A stretch of 64,000 nucleotides of DNA from Escherichia phage LF82-4, in sequence record PV660448; one strand, written 5' to 3'. Positions 9,584-19,485 of the stretch are shown here, in pieces (position 1 is the stretch's first letter; every line of letters begins with the position of its first letter). Both the position numbers and the translations under genes were made by a program. The notes under the pieces were generated by a model. That model made no database searches, was not told where the DNA came from, and worked only from the letters and a program-made list of their open reading frames with translations.

Positions 9584-9630
9584 TTAATTTCCTTTAGACG
9601 AGTTATTGTCTTTTGTTTGTTGATGAACTT

Positions 9631-9636
9631 ATTATA
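9631..9636 (-). promoter_or_regulatory. TATAAT -10 element upstream of gene 43
   Basis: minus-strand TATAAT 48 nt upstream of gene 43 ATG, immediately after regA terminator hairpin. Confidence 0.35.
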
Positions 9637-9643
9637 CTCCAAA

Positions 9644-9659
9644 TGGGACCGAAGTCCCA
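9644..9659 (-). terminator. stem-loop with UUCG tetraloop after regA (terminator or regulatory hairpin)
   Basis: minus strand TGGGAC-UUCG-GUCCCA followed by UUUGG; 5 nt after regA stop. Confidence 0.45.
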
Positions 9660-9664
9660 TTGCT

Positions 9665-10033
9665 TTAATTACCAATTGTATATTTTGCTTTCAAAGTCCA
9701 GTCATCTTTCTGTTTAAAAGAGATAACACGGAAGTTATTAGTCAGGCCAAACAGATCTTCACGAGCAGAGTCTTCAATAACAATCAATCCCCAGTCTTCA
9801 AGCAACTGAGCAATCGAATCACGTCGCTGATAGTCTTCACCATCAATATCAACCTGACGTCCGTCCATACGCAGCATTTCTTTAAAGTGGACGATGTAGT
9901 ATTTACCTTGCTTTTGGAGGATATGACAGGACTGATAAAGGACTTTATCCTTGTTATTAGCGATGCCCATACGGGTCAGAGTCTCTTTGACTTTAAGAAA
10001 ATCTTCGGGGTTCTTCAATTTAATTTCAATCAT
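9665..10033 (-). CDS. regA: translational repressor RegA
   Basis: 122 aa from ATG at 10033 (MIEIKLKNPEDFLKVKETLTRMGIANNKDKVLYQSCHIL...); close match to T4 RegA as recalled; upstream ATG at 10042 also possible. Confidence 0.9.
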   Translation of the reverse strand: MIEIKLKNPEDFLKVKETLTRMGIANNKDKVLYQSCHILQKQGKYYIVHFKEMLRMDGRQVDIDGEDYQRRDSIAQLLEDWGLIVIEDSAREDLFGLTNNFRVISFKQKDDWTLKAKYTIGN

Positions 10034-10035
10034 TT

Positions 10036-10599
10036 TTACCATTCCAATGCTAATTTTTTAAATTGTTTTTGTTCTTTCACATTTTTTGTAACTTCTTTGA
10101 GAAACTCATCAGTGACCATGGCCTTCAGTTCTTTAAGGACTATTGGCAACTTGTTATTTTTTTCAAGGAGCCGCTTATACTCGGTAGCATCATTCATGTT
10201 GATTGTGTAATGTTTCATCAACAGTTTGATAACTAGTAACTCTGAAGTGTCTTCGACTAGTTTAGCCCATTTAGAGAATCGACGACCACGCGGAATTGCC
10301 GCCATCATATAGTTGAAGTGCGCTTCATCACTTAATTCAGAACCGACTAAGTTCATCATGTAAACGGCTGGCATACATTCTGGGAACTGGGATAATGAGT
10401 TCTCAACCATAAATTTTGAGTAGTCGACCTGAGCAATTGACATAGATTTCTTTTCATTAATAGCATTAATGATTTTAAAGAATTCATTCTCAGGTTTTTC
10501 TTTAAACATATCAGCACATTTTTGAATCGCATCAGCGTCATTAGACTTCCATGCAATTTGGTGCTCGTTAAGTTGGACGTCATCATCAAATAAGTTCAT
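10036..10599 (-). CDS. 62: clamp loader small subunit
   Basis: 187 aa, same length as T4 gp62; position between 44 and regA. Confidence 0.85.
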   Translation of the reverse strand: MNLFDDDVQLNEHQIAWKSNDADAIQKCADMFKEKPENEFFKIINAINEKKSMSIAQVDYSKFMVENSLSQFPECMPAVYMMNLVGSELSDEAHFNYMMAAIPRGRRFSKWAKLVEDTSELLVIKLLMKHYTINMNDATEYKRLLEKNNKLPIVLKELKAMVTDEFLKEVTKNVKEQKQFKKLALEW

Positions 10600-10600
10600 A

Positions 10601-11563
10601 TTATTTCCAAGTCAGTTCGCAGGTCAGTTGAAGAAGCATATACATAACATGTAATTCAATATTACTTGCTAATCCATGAAACTTATTATTTTCGCCTGCA
10701 ATTTCATAAAGCGAAATAATACTTTTACCTGGTGCAACTTTGTCATAACATTCAGAAACTAATTTATCGATGAACCATGAATAATCAGCGGCATATTTTG
10801 GAGCTAATGCACGAAGTTGTTTGATATCTTTATTTTTCATTGCTTCTATGACATCATCCACCGTGCCACGATCATTTGTTACAATCGACAAAATACCTGC
10901 ATCAAGAACACCTTTAGACGAGTACTGGTCTAATTGACCAATTGTACGACGAAAGTCCGGGAAGTTCTTTTTAACCAGAGCTGCAACAACTTTCATATCA
11001 GCGATTTCGATATTTTCATTCTTACAGATTTCAACCATACGATGAATCATTTTCTTCATCATCGATATTTTATCTTCTTCGGTTGGACGTCCGAATTCGA
11101 TAACTCGACAACGACTACGTAACGGTTCGATAATTCCATCGATGTTGTTGGCAGTAATAATAATAGAACAGTTACTAGAGAATTCTTCCATGAATGTACG
11201 AAGGTGCCGTTGTGATTCAGCAAGGCCACTACGGTCAAATTCATCAATAACAATAACTTTAGGCTTGCCTTCCATTGAGACTGAACGAGCGAATGCAGTT
11301 AACGGGCCACGCACAAAATCAATCTTACAATCAGAACCGTTGACGAACATCATTTCGGCATTGATATCATTACATAATGCTTTTGCTACGGTTGTTTTAC
11401 CTGTACCAGGAGAAGGAGAGTGCAAAATAATATGAGGAAGTTTTCCTTTAGATACTAAAGACTTGAATGTTTCATGGTCATACGCAGGCAGAATACATTC
11501 GTCAATGGAAGAAGGACGATATTTCTGTTCTAGAATGTGTTCTTTGGAATTGATAGTAATCAT
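10601..11563 (-). CDS. 44: clamp loader ATPase subunit (AAA+)
   Basis: 320 aa; Walker [11 protein letters not shown], Walker [12 protein letters not shown] motif; T4 synteny. Confidence 0.95.
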   Translation of the reverse strand: MITINSKEHILEQKYRPSSIDECILPAYDHETFKSLVSKGKLPHIILHSPSPGTGKTTVAKALCNDINAEMMFVNGSDCKIDFVRGPLTAFARSVSMEGKPKVIVIDEFDRSGLAESQRHLRTFMEEFSSNCSIIITANNIDGIIEPLRSRCRVIEFGRPTEEDKISMMKKMIHRMVEICKNENIEIADMKVVAALVKKNFPDFRRTIGQLDQYSSKGVLDAGILSIVTNDRGTVDDVIEAMKNKDIKQLRALAPKYAADYSWFIDKLVSECYDKVAPGKSIISLYEIAGENNKFHGLASNIELHVMYMLLQLTCELTWK

Positions 11564-11589
11564 GTAATTTTCCTCATTATCATTAAACT

Positions 11590-11605
11590 GGAGGATTTCT
11601 CCTCC
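11590..11605 (-). promoter_or_regulatory. stem-loop with GAAA tetraloop in 45-44 intergenic region
   Basis: minus strand GGAGGA-GAAA-UCCUCC, about 26 nt upstream of gene 44 ATG. Confidence 0.4.
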
Positions 11606-11638
11606 ATAATCGTACTACATTAAACGTAAAGCTTTGAC

Positions 11639-12325
11639 TTAGAAGTCGTGAGTAGAATCGGCTTCCATTGCAATAACATAACTTACTTGAGAGCTTTCAA
11701 ACTTGGCTGCAACTTTATCACCAGCTCCCCACAACATTACTTTATAGTTACCTGGCTGGATTTTCATATTAGCCATATTGATTACGAAGTTAAAGTTGTT
11801 AGAACCATCATAATCGGTAAGAGTCAAAGAATACTTAGGACGAGTTAGACCAGAATCTTCAACTTTATTATAGCCATTGATAACAATTTTACCATCTTTA
11901 TTTGTAATAGCAATTGTATCAATCTGAAGACCACGTGAAACTCGAAGCAATTGTTGAAGGTCTTCAGCTTTAATTTCAGTAATCACAGAAGCCACTGGGA
12001 ATTGAATTGGCTTATTAGGAAAAACAATGGTGCTCTTGTCGGCAGCAGGCCAATAAACTGTGGAACGTGTGTCCGCAATTTTAATATTGCCATCAGTGTG
12101 CATTGAAATTTCAGCATCGTCAGACACTAGACTCAAAATGCTTAAGAAGCTATTCAAATCATAAAGTGCTACGTCAAAATCAATTTCATCAGAGATATTT
12201 GCTTCCGCATAAGTGGTGCCATTAACTGCACGAGTCATAATAAATTTACCTTGACTCAGCAGAATGCCGGAGTTAATAGAGGCAAAGTTTTTCAGAATAG
12301 CGATAGTATCTTTAGACAGTTTCAT
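11639..12325 (-). CDS. 45: sliding clamp
   Basis: 228 aa from ATG at 12325 (MKLSKDTIAILKNFASINSG...), AAGGAAA RBS; track start at 12340 is TTG. Confidence 0.95.
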   Translation of the reverse strand: MKLSKDTIAILKNFASINSGILLSQGKFIMTRAVNGTTYAEANISDEIDFDVALYDLNSFLSILSLVSDDAEISMHTDGNIKIADTRSTVYWPAADKSTIVFPNKPIQFPVASVITEIKAEDLQQLLRVSRGLQIDTIAITNKDGKIVINGYNKVEDSGLTRPKYSLTLTDYDGSNNFNFVINMANMKIQPGNYKVMLWGAGDKVAAKFESSQVSYVIAMEADSTHDF

Positions 12326-12367
12326 TTTATTTCCTTTCAAGACAATTCAAAGTTTATAACAAATTTA

Positions 12368-12784
12368 TTATGCAGCAACCATCTGCTTTTTAATAGCTTC
12401 AGGCAGTGATTCAATATATTCTGGAATTTTAGAAGCAACAATTTCGCCAGCTGCAATTAATTGTTCATCGGCATCAACGCAGTAGAAATCTTCCAGGCGC
12501 TCAGAACCATCTTTATCAAGAACGATTTTTCCACCTGCTTCAATAGAATCTTTAAAGTGCTTACGCATCAGATGAATCCACATATCAGATACATCGTTAT
12601 CAATAAAACCATAAATCATAAAACGAGTTTCTTGTGGCAAAGATTGAAGCTTTTTAGCACTTGCGTCATCACAATGCAGGACCCATGCTTTACGAACACG
12701 ATTATGGTTATGCGGGTTAGCGTCAGTACGGATAGAAGTAACTTTCAGATCAGCAGCAGTGAAACCTTTAGCAGTAGTAAACAT
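12368..12784 (-). CDS. rpbA: RNA polymerase binding protein RpbA (by synteny)
   Basis: 138 aa between 45 and 46 as in T4. Confidence 0.65.
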   Translation of the reverse strand: MFTTAKGFTAADLKVTSIRTDANPHNHNRVRKAWVLHCDDASAKKLQSLPQETRFMIYGFIDNDVSDMWIHLMRKHFKDSIEAGGKIVLDKDGSERLEDFYCVDADEQLIAAGEIVASKIPEYIESLPEAIKKQMVAA

Positions 12785-12796
12785 ATTATTTCTCTC

Positions 12797-12997
12797 TTAT
12801 TCGTAGAAGTCAGTAACTGTCCATGCGGAATTGCGATTAGACATTATTTTATTATACTCATCTTTAAAAGCAGATTTGAGCATTTGTTCAGTAACAATAT
12901 GTTCTTCACCTGAAAACGTATTGGTCAAAACATATTTTTTAATTTCAGGGACAACAAGAAGATGTTGTCCGGTTGAATACTCCATGTTGTTCTCCAT
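12797..12997 (-). CDS. hypothetical protein (45.2-like)
   Basis: 66 aa; position as T4 45.2. Confidence 0.55.
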   Translation of the reverse strand: MENNMEYSTGQHLLVVPEIKKYVLTNTFSGEEHIVTEQMLKSAFKDEYNKIMSNRNSAWTVTDFYE

Positions 12998-13004
12998 TTA
13001 ATTT

Positions 13005-13027
13005 GATGTGGTCATTATAACCACATC
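13005..13027 (-). promoter_or_regulatory. stem-loop with TATAAT in loop (PeSL-like) upstream of 45.2-like gene
   Basis: minus strand GAUGUGGU-UAUAAUG-ACCACAUC, 8 nt before ATG at 12997. Confidence 0.4.
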
Positions 13028-13039
13028 GTGTTAAAGCGT

Positions 13040-14728
13040 TTATGAAACAGTCATTACAGTAAATCGTCCAACTTTACTCATCTGAAGATGTTGTCCATAA
13101 CGTTGAGGGTCATGGTCTCGATGAGAGATAATGAACACGTTAGTATTTTGTAAACTTCCAAGAATGGTATCTATAGCCTTAACAGCTTCAGAATCTACAG
13201 CGCCGTCAAAAACCTCATCAAGAATCAACGTGTTGATTTTAACACCAGAAACTTTTTCAGCAATATCTCGCCATGTAAACAACAATGCGATATCGATACG
13301 TGCCTTTTCACCTTGACTAAATGAAGCATAACTAAAATCTTCACGACCACGTGATTTTATAGATTCATTGAATTCTTCGTCAATAGAAAACACATAATCA
13401 GCTTCCATGATTTTAAGGTAATGGTTAATCTGCTTGTTGAACAGAGGCACATATTTTTTAATGATAGCACCTTTAATACCAGAATCTTTTAACATATCTG
13501 TTATAATACCACGATGGTATTTTTCAAGAACGTTATCCGATTTTGTTTTAATGATTTTATCAAGTTCTTTTTGAAGCAAAGCTATCTCATCGGCATGGTC
13601 GATAAATTCCGCCGAGGCTTGTTCTATTGCAGCTTTAACTTTCTTAGCTTTATCAATAGTGGCAATCATTGCTTGTTTCTTGGTACGAATATCAGATGCA
13701 AGGTCCTGTTTAGTCTTAACATTAGCTCTATATTCGTCCACTAGGACACTCAGATTATCTCTGTGACAGGTAAGTTGCTCGAATGAGTGATTACATTCAT
13801 GAAGCTTATCGGTAATCTTAGAGACAATAGGATCACCCTGGTGCAACTGTGATGCACAAGTAGGACATGTGCCACCGTCATGATACATCTTAATAACTTT
13901 GTTGTATGAGTCGATTTTAGATTTAATCAAGAATGCTTCTTGTCCTATCTTGTTGAATGCCTCAGTAGGGTCTTCATCAAGAACGATATTAAGTAGTCGC
14001 TCATTAGCTTCTTCGATTTCCGCTTTTAATGAACGAGCTTCTTTGGCTAGGTCGTCATACATATTCTGTAGACGCGCTACATTATCACCAGATAATTTCT
14101 TTTGACGTTCGATATTCTCGTTATAAATCTTAATTTGTTGGATAACACCATCTTTCTTAGCATCGAGAACTTGTCCCTGGGAATTAAGTTCTCGAACTTG
14201 AGACTTATTGATTTTATCCATTTCAGCGAGTGTGCCGACTTCTAAAAGGTCTTCGACAAGTTTTCTACGAGCAGGGGTGCTAAGAGCCATGAAAGGGGTA
14301 TACCCTGCCGTCCCAAGCACAACGATCTGTTTAAAAGACGCGTATGACATTCCGATGCTACGTTCAAATTCTTCTTGGAAGTCACGACTGCTGGCAGATT
14401 CATCGAGACGAACACCGTCAACGGAGATTTCGAAAATATTGGGCTTTTGGCCTCGTTTAATGAAGTATTTTTTATCATCGAATTCCATCCAAAGCTCAAC
14501 TAAGAGCTCTTTCTTGTTCGTGCTATTAATGATTTGTCCTTTCTTAACATCACGAAATGGTTTACCGAAAAGTCCGAAAGTAATGGCTTCTAACATCGTA
14601 GATTTACCACCGCCATTTTTACCAGTGATTAATGTCTTTTGGACTTTATCTAATTGGATATCAATAGGATTCCCACCTACCGACATGATGTTTTGATAAC
14701 GAACACGATTTAATTTAAATGATTTCAT
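13040..14728 (-). CDS. 46: recombination nuclease subunit (Rad50/SbcC-like)
   Basis: 562 aa; Walker A GKNGGGKST, zinc hook CPTC, signature/Walker B near C-terminus; T4 synteny. Confidence 0.95.
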   Translation of the reverse strand: MKSFKLNRVRYQNIMSVGGNPIDIQLDKVQKTLITGKNGGGKSTMLEAITFGLFGKPFRDVKKGQIINSTNKKELLVELWMEFDDKKYFIKRGQKPNIFEISVDGVRLDESASSRDFQEEFERSIGMSYASFKQIVVLGTAGYTPFMALSTPARRKLVEDLLEVGTLAEMDKINKSQVRELNSQGQVLDAKKDGVIQQIKIYNENIERQKKLSGDNVARLQNMYDDLAKEARSLKAEIEEANERLLNIVLDEDPTEAFNKIGQEAFLIKSKIDSYNKVIKMYHDGGTCPTCASQLHQGDPIVSKITDKLHECNHSFEQLTCHRDNLSVLVDEYRANVKTKQDLASDIRTKKQAMIATIDKAKKVKAAIEQASAEFIDHADEIALLQKELDKIIKTKSDNVLEKYHRGIITDMLKDSGIKGAIIKKYVPLFNKQINHYLKIMEADYVFSIDEEFNESIKSRGREDFSYASFSQGEKARIDIALLFTWRDIAEKVSGVKINTLILDEVFDGAVDSEAVKAIDTILGSLQNTNVFIISHRDHDPQRYGQHLQMSKVGRFTVMTVS

Positions 14729-14973
14729 ATGTATTCTCTTCGAATGAAGTCCTCTACATATTTTAACATGTCATCCCTATCAGCAAAATATTCATCTAGT
14801 TCTGCATACATAACAACACCTGGTGCGTACTCACAGGTAACATACATTGTTCCAAAGAAACGAGGAGTTGATTCCTCGTAATTCTCAGTCCATTCAACGA
14901 TACCAATATAACCGTCACCAATACTAAATTCGTGACGATGGATTTCATAGTCAGTCTTCGTCATTATACGCAT
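14725..14973 (-). CDS. hypothetical protein (46.1-like)
   Basis: 82 aa, overlaps gene 46 start by 4 nt. Confidence 0.55.
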   Translation of the reverse strand: MRIMTKTDYEIHRHEFSIGDGYIGIVEWTENYEESTPRFFGTMYVTCEYAPGVVMYAELDEYFADRDDMLKYVEDFIRREYI

Positions 14974-15208
14974 CCTCGATACATGCTTCAGCCATTTTAA
15001 GAATAGAGCCAGGAGTATCGTTGTCCATTATATTAAAGCTAAATTCAATAGCCCAGTCGGTACAGACATGAACGGCTTTAACTTCATTGCCTTCAACACG
15101 TAATGGCTCAATCCAATACTTGATAGTGTTCTCGAATCCATCATCATCTTTAACGTCTATTTCAACTTCAAGCCCGAGCCCAGCATTGTTAAATTCATCT
15201 AAAGTCAT
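14951..15208 (-). CDS. hypothetical protein (46.2-like)
   Basis: 85 aa between 47 and 46. Confidence 0.55.
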   Translation of the reverse strand: MTLDEFNNAGLGLEVEIDVKDDDGFENTIKYWIEPLRVEGNEVKAVHVCTDWAIEFSFNIMDNDTPGSILKMAEACIEDAYNDED

Positions 15209-16224
15209 TGTGTTGCCTCAATATAAAGTTCGTTAGAATATTTGACCAGCGCTTCTCTGTCTTCGTCTGAGATATCTGGAATCGCGTCAATATATTCTTT
15301 AATGATATCTTGAAGTGATTTAATCTCGATTTCCTGGTCGTCATCAGATTCAACACTGTTATCAACTTTAGAAACCATACGAAGAGAGTGAACTACTTTT
15401 TCAAGTTCAGATTCAAACTTAGTCAACTCTGAATCAATTTCTGATACTATAACACGTACGGCTAGATTAGTATAATCAGAATAATTAATTTTGCCTTTAA
15501 ACGGATAAGTGATTCGTCGATGCCATGTTGTTTCATTAGGAATAAATTCCATACGTTCAACATCAGTGTCAAATACCCAGAATCCACGTGGGTCGTTCTC
15601 GTCACCTGCAGTAAGGGTCCATGGTGTCCCAATATATTTGACGTTAGCAGCTTCAGAGATTGTGTGGAAGTGGCCAGACCAGACTTGTTTATAGGTCTTT
15701 AAGAAATCAGGTTCAAGCCCATGAGACTTCATTCCTTTATAGAAATAAAAGCCGTTCAGTTCCCAATGACCAACACAATACGCAGCAGAAGAAGTCTTGA
15801 TGTGCTCTAAGATTTCACCTGTATTTTCTTCACACATCCATGGAATTAAATCAATCAGACACCCATCGAAATCAACAGTCGTAGGTTTATCATAAATAAC
15901 AACATTTTTACGATGAGACAAAAGCTCTTGGGTTGTATTAGGGTATAAAGTTGTCTTATAAAAAAGGTCGTGGTTACCCAAAATAGTGTTAACGGTTATT
16001 CCAGCGTTTTCAGCCATATCAAATAATTCACGAGTAAACTCCATACAACGTTGTGTTGTGTGAGCTCGTACATCAAATACGTCCCCGTACTGTATCCATG
16101 TTGTTATTCCATTTTTAACAGAATAATCCACCATTTGTTTGAATCCATGACGTTGGATGTTTTGAATCCACTCATCATCCTTTTTTACACCTAAGTGCAA
16201 ATCGCCTACGTTAAGAATTTTCAT
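15205..16224 (-). CDS. 47: recombination nuclease subunit (Mre11/SbcD-like)
   Basis: 339 aa from ATG at 16224 (MKILNVGDLHLG...), AAGGTG RBS; phosphoesterase motifs GDLH, GNHD, GHWH. Confidence 0.93.
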   Translation of the reverse strand: MKILNVGDLHLGVKKDDEWIQNIQRHGFKQMVDYSVKNGITTWIQYGDVFDVRAHTTQRCMEFTRELFDMAENAGITVNTILGNHDLFYKTTLYPNTTQELLSHRKNVVIYDKPTTVDFDGCLIDLIPWMCEENTGEILEHIKTSSAAYCVGHWELNGFYFYKGMKSHGLEPDFLKTYKQVWSGHFHTISEAANVKYIGTPWTLTAGDENDPRGFWVFDTDVERMEFIPNETTWHRRITYPFKGKINYSDYTNLAVRVIVSEIDSELTKFESELEKVVHSLRMVSKVDNSVESDDDQEIEIKSLQDIIKEYIDAIPDISDEDREALVKYSNELYIEATQ

Positions 16225-17038
16225 ATTGCACCTTAAATTTACCATAAATTATACTGTGATAACTTAAATCAGGAAAACCTTCTGCGACGGCTAAAGGTCT
16301 AAACTTCTTAGGACTTATTCTACCACATTTTACCCAAAGAGCATATAGTGCTTCATAATATTCAAATAATGGTCCTTTACGAGCTTCAGAAACAGCTTTA
16401 CGCACTTTGTCCTTTATTGACGGGTCTAAATTTCTAAGGGTTTCACTAATTTTGTTTCGATGGGTTTCATTAATAAGATTTCCTTTAAGCCAGCCTTCGG
16501 GTTCAGTCCCTGGGACAAACATTTTCTTTTCTTTGCCATTATTATACCATTTGCGGCCTTTATTGTGACTAGAGGCTTTATATTCAGGAGAACGACCTTT
16601 TACATTACCTTCAGGTATATAAGGTAGAAAACTTTGTTCTAACGTTTCAGGGTTGTATGAGTGTATATGGCCTTTACCATTATGTGAGCCGTACAATGGG
16701 TGCTCTTCTTTTGGAAGTGATAATCCGAAAAATCCTTTAGGAGCAGCAATTGCTTTATTCATATACATCGGGTTATTGGCAGCATCCACCTTTAGTTGGA
16801 GTAAACGTTCAGCTTTTGTCGCTTCTTCTCTCGTGGCGTGTTCACTTACAATACATGAATCAAAAAGGTGTGGATTCATTTTTAGTTCAGAATTGTAAAT
16901 TTCCTTATATGCTTTTGATAAAACCGTTCCGTGATATCCAGCTTTATGCTTTGCAATACTTGTAGAACCTATATAAAACGGTGGAAGTTTGTCACCATCA
17001 TAAATCGTAAAATATACTATGTACATGTTATTCTCCAT
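16211..17038 (-). CDS. GIY-YIG homing endonuclease (Seg-like), free-standing
   Basis: 275 aa; GIY-YIG variant YIVYF...FYIGST, conserved R/E/N, NUMOD3-like HNKGRKWYNNG repeat; 3' end overlaps gene 47 start by 14 nt; locus where T4 has alpha-gt. Confidence 0.8.
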   Translation of the reverse strand: MENNMYIVYFTIYDGDKLPPFYIGSTSIAKHKAGYHGTVLSKAYKEIYNSELKMNPHLFDSCIVSEHATREEATKAERLLQLKVDAANNPMYMNKAIAAPKGFFGLSLPKEEHPLYGSHNGKGHIHSYNPETLEQSFLPYIPEGNVKGRSPEYKASSHNKGRKWYNNGKEKKMFVPGTEPEGWLKGNLINETHRNKISETLRNLDPSIKDKVRKAVSEARKGPLFEYYEALYALWVKCGRISPKKFRPLAVAEGFPDLSYHSIIYGKFKVQYENS

Positions 17039-17053
17039 TTTGTATAGAAATTA

Positions 17054-17082
17054 CTATATCATAGTTTATACTGTTTGTAAAC
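17054..17082 (-). promoter_or_regulatory. early-type promoter (GTTTAC -35, TATAGT-like -10) just upstream of the homing endonuclease gene
   Basis: minus strand GTTTAC...GATATAGT, ending 8-15 nt before ATG at 17038; no obvious RBS in the resulting leader. Confidence 0.35.
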
Positions 17083-17096
17083 CCTAGAAACGGAAA

Positions 17097-17116
17097 AGGA
17101 ACTCCGAAGAGTTCCT
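17097..17116 (-). terminator. hairpin with UUCG loop followed by U-rich tract
   Basis: minus strand AGGAACUC-UUCG-GAGUUCCU then UUUCC. Confidence 0.4.
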
Positions 17117-17288
17117 ATCCACATAGTACACCGTACAGAGGCTCATTTGAACTTTTAAATCGAATGGGCTTGTACGTAATAGTTCCTTCGGCTTTAGCTT
17201 TATCATAAGACTCTTTAAAACGTCTCATTCTTTCTGCTTTGCCTTTACGGATTTTATCGAAATTTTCAGAAGTCGGGATGTTCGTCAT
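17115..17288 (-). CDS. small hypothetical protein (57 aa), not in ORF track
   Basis: ATG at 17288 with GAGAGGTG RBS; MTNIPTSENFDKIRKGKAERMRRF...; fills 290-nt gap. Confidence 0.3.
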   Translation of the reverse strand: MTNIPTSENFDKIRKGKAERMRRFKESYDKAKAEGTITYKPIRFKSSNEPLYGVLCG

Positions 17289-17327
17289 GCATAAGCACCT
17301 CTCAGAAAATGCCTAAATCGATTTCTC

Positions 17328-17549
17328 TCATCGTTTCCACCATTTCTTAACTTGAAATGAATCGACCCACACGAGTTGTTTTGGGTCTGCCTTTACAATA
17401 GGCGGACAAATTTCTGTAATAGAACCGTCGTGATATTCCTTTTCGGAAATTTTAACACAAAGAGGACCTCCCAATTTAAGGGAGAACCCTGCGTTCAGCT
17501 TCAGACGTTTAAACTTTGTTTGAACTAGCGCCATTAATGATGTCCTCAA
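17328..17549 (-). CDS. hypothetical protein (73 aa)
   Basis: track ORF; start uncertain (overlaps upstream ORF by 41 nt). Confidence 0.45.
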   Translation of the reverse strand: MRTSLMALVQTKFKRLKLNAGFSLKLGGPLCVKISEKEYHDGSITEICPPIVKADPKQLVWVDSFQVKKWWKR

Positions 17550-17832
17550 TAGCCTGACGAGTAGTAATCCACTGGATTTTAATTAACTTGTCATTGTATG
17601 GTTGTCGTAGAATATCCCGAGATTTCTTAATAGCATATTCGTAAGCTTCGAAGTTGTTTTGAATTGCTGCTTCTTGAGCATGTGCATAAAGACGGTTTAG
17701 TTCAAAACGATTCTTTTTAAGAATCTTTTCGGATTTTTTACGTGCTTCAGCTTCATTTTTCTTTTGGATTTCTTGTAGCATTTTAGCTACTGCATCTTCT
17801 GCTTCTTTATTTTCAATAATCTCGGTAGTCAT
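17509..17832 (-). CDS. hypothetical protein (107 aa), charged/helical
   Basis: ATG start 2 nt after upstream stop. Confidence 0.6.
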   Translation of the reverse strand: MTTEIIENKEAEDAVAKMLQEIQKKNEAEARKKSEKILKKNRFELNRLYAHAQEAAIQNNFEAYEYAIKKSRDILRQPYNDKLIKIQWITTRQAIEDIINGASSNKV

Positions 17833-17833
17833 A

Positions 17834-18049
17834 TTATCTCATTAAATTAAAATAAAAACGTCCATCCTCTTCAATACAGAACTCGTACTCAACTGGAGTC
17901 CCATTTATTGAAAATGACACGTCATGTGGGTTCAAAGGGTCGATGTCAAAATTAATTTTAAATTCACGACCCAACAGTTTTACCAAATAAGGGATTGCTT
18001 CGTCAAAAGGTTCTTCTAAGTAGTTAGAGATGTCAATTGTCATCCTCAT
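17834..18049 (-). CDS. hypothetical protein (55.x-like)
   Basis: in-frame ATGs at 18127, 18049 and 18043; start ambiguous; overlaps gene 55 3' end. Confidence 0.4.
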   Translation of the reverse strand: MRMTIDISNYLEEPFDEAIPYLVKLLGREFKINFDIDPLNPHDVSFSINGTPVEYEFCIEEDGRFYFNLMR

Positions 18050-18608
18050 ATAAAAAATCCAAACTAGGCGAATCGCTAACAACTTCCTTCTTTTCAGCCC
18101 CAGGAGCTTTATAAGCGGATTCTTCATAATGCGTCATTTTATCGTAGATGTCTTGAATAAACGTTTCATCTACCAACGCTACCATATCATCGTCATGACT
18201 GTCGTAGACATTATGAACGAAGTAACTATATTTCTTTGCAACTTCCTTACGTTCTTTTTTGATACGTTGGACAAAAGCATTAAAACAAGCTCGAGTTATG
18301 TATGCATGTGGGTTATTGTACTTAGTTTCGTCGAAATTATGAAGTCCCTTAATAGAGGCTTCAATCCCATCTGCAATCATCTCCTGCTTCCAAGACTGGG
18401 TATATCCTGAAAAGTTGAAACGTTTGGACAGGCCTTCGGCGATAAGCATAATTGCTAAACCGATGGTATCATTCTGACGAATAATTTTGTTTGGGTCTTT
18501 ATTATTTAAGAGCTCCTTTTTCCACTCGATTATAGCGGCGAGAAGCTCTTTATTATTCACATAGTTATTTTTAGGTTTTTGTTCAGTCATAAGTACCTCT
18601 TGGCTCAA
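18033..18608 (-). CDS. 55: late-transcription sigma factor
   Basis: 191 aa; N-terminus ...[21 protein letters not shown]... resembles T4 gp55 as recalled; synteny. Confidence 0.93.
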   Translation of the reverse strand: MSQEVLMTEQKPKNNYVNNKELLAAIIEWKKELLNNKDPNKIIRQNDTIGLAIMLIAEGLSKRFNFSGYTQSWKQEMIADGIEASIKGLHNFDETKYNNPHAYITRACFNAFVQRIKKERKEVAKKYSYFVHNVYDSHDDDMVALVDETFIQDIYDKMTHYEESAYKAPGAEKKEVVSDSPSLDFLYEDDN

Positions 18609-18612
18609 TTCA

Positions 18613-18646
18613 TAGGTCTATTATATCATAATATTTAGAGACCTAT
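18613..18646 (-). promoter_or_regulatory. promoter-early stem-loop (8-bp inverted repeat ATAGGTCT/AGACCTAT enclosing TATAAT) upstream of gene 55
   Basis: read directly; ends about 5 nt upstream of gene 55 ATG region. Confidence 0.4.
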
Positions 18647-18662
18647 CTTAAAGCACGAGATA

Positions 18663-18932
18663 CTATCGGAGCAAACAATAAGCCTGGAATACTTTTTCCA
18701 TTAAACGTTTGAACTCATGGATATCGATATAAAGCTCGGTTAATCCAGCTCCATAAAGAAAATCTAAAAAGTTCTCATGTGTTTCGTTATAGTCGCCTTC
18801 GTTTAATTGAGATACATGAGTTTCCCAAAAACCGACACCTTTAACAAATGGAAAATACGTAACTTTCATAAAGTTGTCGACGTAAAATTCGCCCAGCTTT
18901 TCTTCAGTTATACTGATTCGAGTTAATTTCAT
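18663..18932 (-). CDS. hypothetical protein (89 aa)
   Basis: track ORF in densely packed minus-strand array. Confidence 0.55.
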   Translation of the reverse strand: MKLTRISITEEKLGEFYVDNFMKVTYFPFVKGVGFWETHVSQLNEGDYNETHENFLDFLYGAGLTELYIDIHEFKRLMEKVFQAYCLLR

Positions 18933-19156
18933 TCTAGTTCCTTTGCTGCAAATAAGGCAGCATCCAATGAATCAAATTGGTCAACGAAATCAATATTCAA
19001 CGCATCGTCAACCGTAGCATATAACCACCATTGTTTGAATTCGTATTCTAGAATAAATCCAGGACCTTCAATCTGAGGAAGACCTAGGCTATTTGTACCA
19101 ACTTCGTAACCAGCTAGACGCAGGTCATTAATCAAAGTTTCTGTTAATACGCTCAT
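18929..19156 (-). CDS. hypothetical protein (75 aa)
   Basis: 4-nt overlaps with both neighbours. Confidence 0.55.
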   Translation of the reverse strand: MSVLTETLINDLRLAGYEVGTNSLGLPQIEGPGFILEYEFKQWWLYATVDDALNIDFVDQFDSLDAALFAAKELE

Positions 19157-19485
19157 TTTGCCGCCTTAACAATTTTCAGGTCAACGAATTTTTTCTTACG
19201 TTGATTTTTCATACGACGGATAGTCTTTTCAGAGATTTCATGTTTCTGATAAGCTTTAGATTCAACACCAAATGCAGCAACGTCAAATTCAGAAAGAATA
19301 TATTGTACTAGAATTTCACGAATAGAATTACGTCCAATTTTCTGGTCGTGTTTTTGCATGATTTCATAAAGACGGAATTCCCACGCGTCAAGAACTTGAG
19401 GAGTAACAATACCACCTTTTTCTAGAAGACTAACAACTTTATCGAAAGCGAAAGAGTTCACTACGTTTTTGATTTTAGTAGACAT
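19153..19485 (-). CDS. hypothetical protein (110 aa)
   Basis: ATG at 19485 with GAGGAAAA RBS; track start at 19524 lies inside the upstream promoter cassette. Confidence 0.55.
   Translation of the reverse strand: MSTKIKNVVNSFAFDKVVSLLEKGGIVTPQVLDAWEFRLYEIMQKHDQKIGRNSIREILVQYILSEFDVAAFGVESKAYQKHEISEKTIRRMKNQRKKKFVDLKIVKAAK

Noticed and set aside
9644-9659. Hairpin upstream of gene 43 as the gp43 translational operator
   Set aside because: It lies 60-75 nt upstream of the ATG, directly after the regA stop and before a TATAAT element, so it fits better as the regA terminator; the true operator would be closer to the RBS and I could not identify it confidently.
8264-14696. Plus-strand ORFs of 60-200 aa lying antisense within minus-strand genes 43, regA/62, rpbA and 46 (e.g. 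8264-8704, 9617-10210, 12461-12913, 14208-14696)
   Set aside because: They fall entirely inside well-supported coding genes on the opposite strand, have no RBS or recognisable domains, and show low-complexity translations typical of antisense reading of AT-rich coding DNA.
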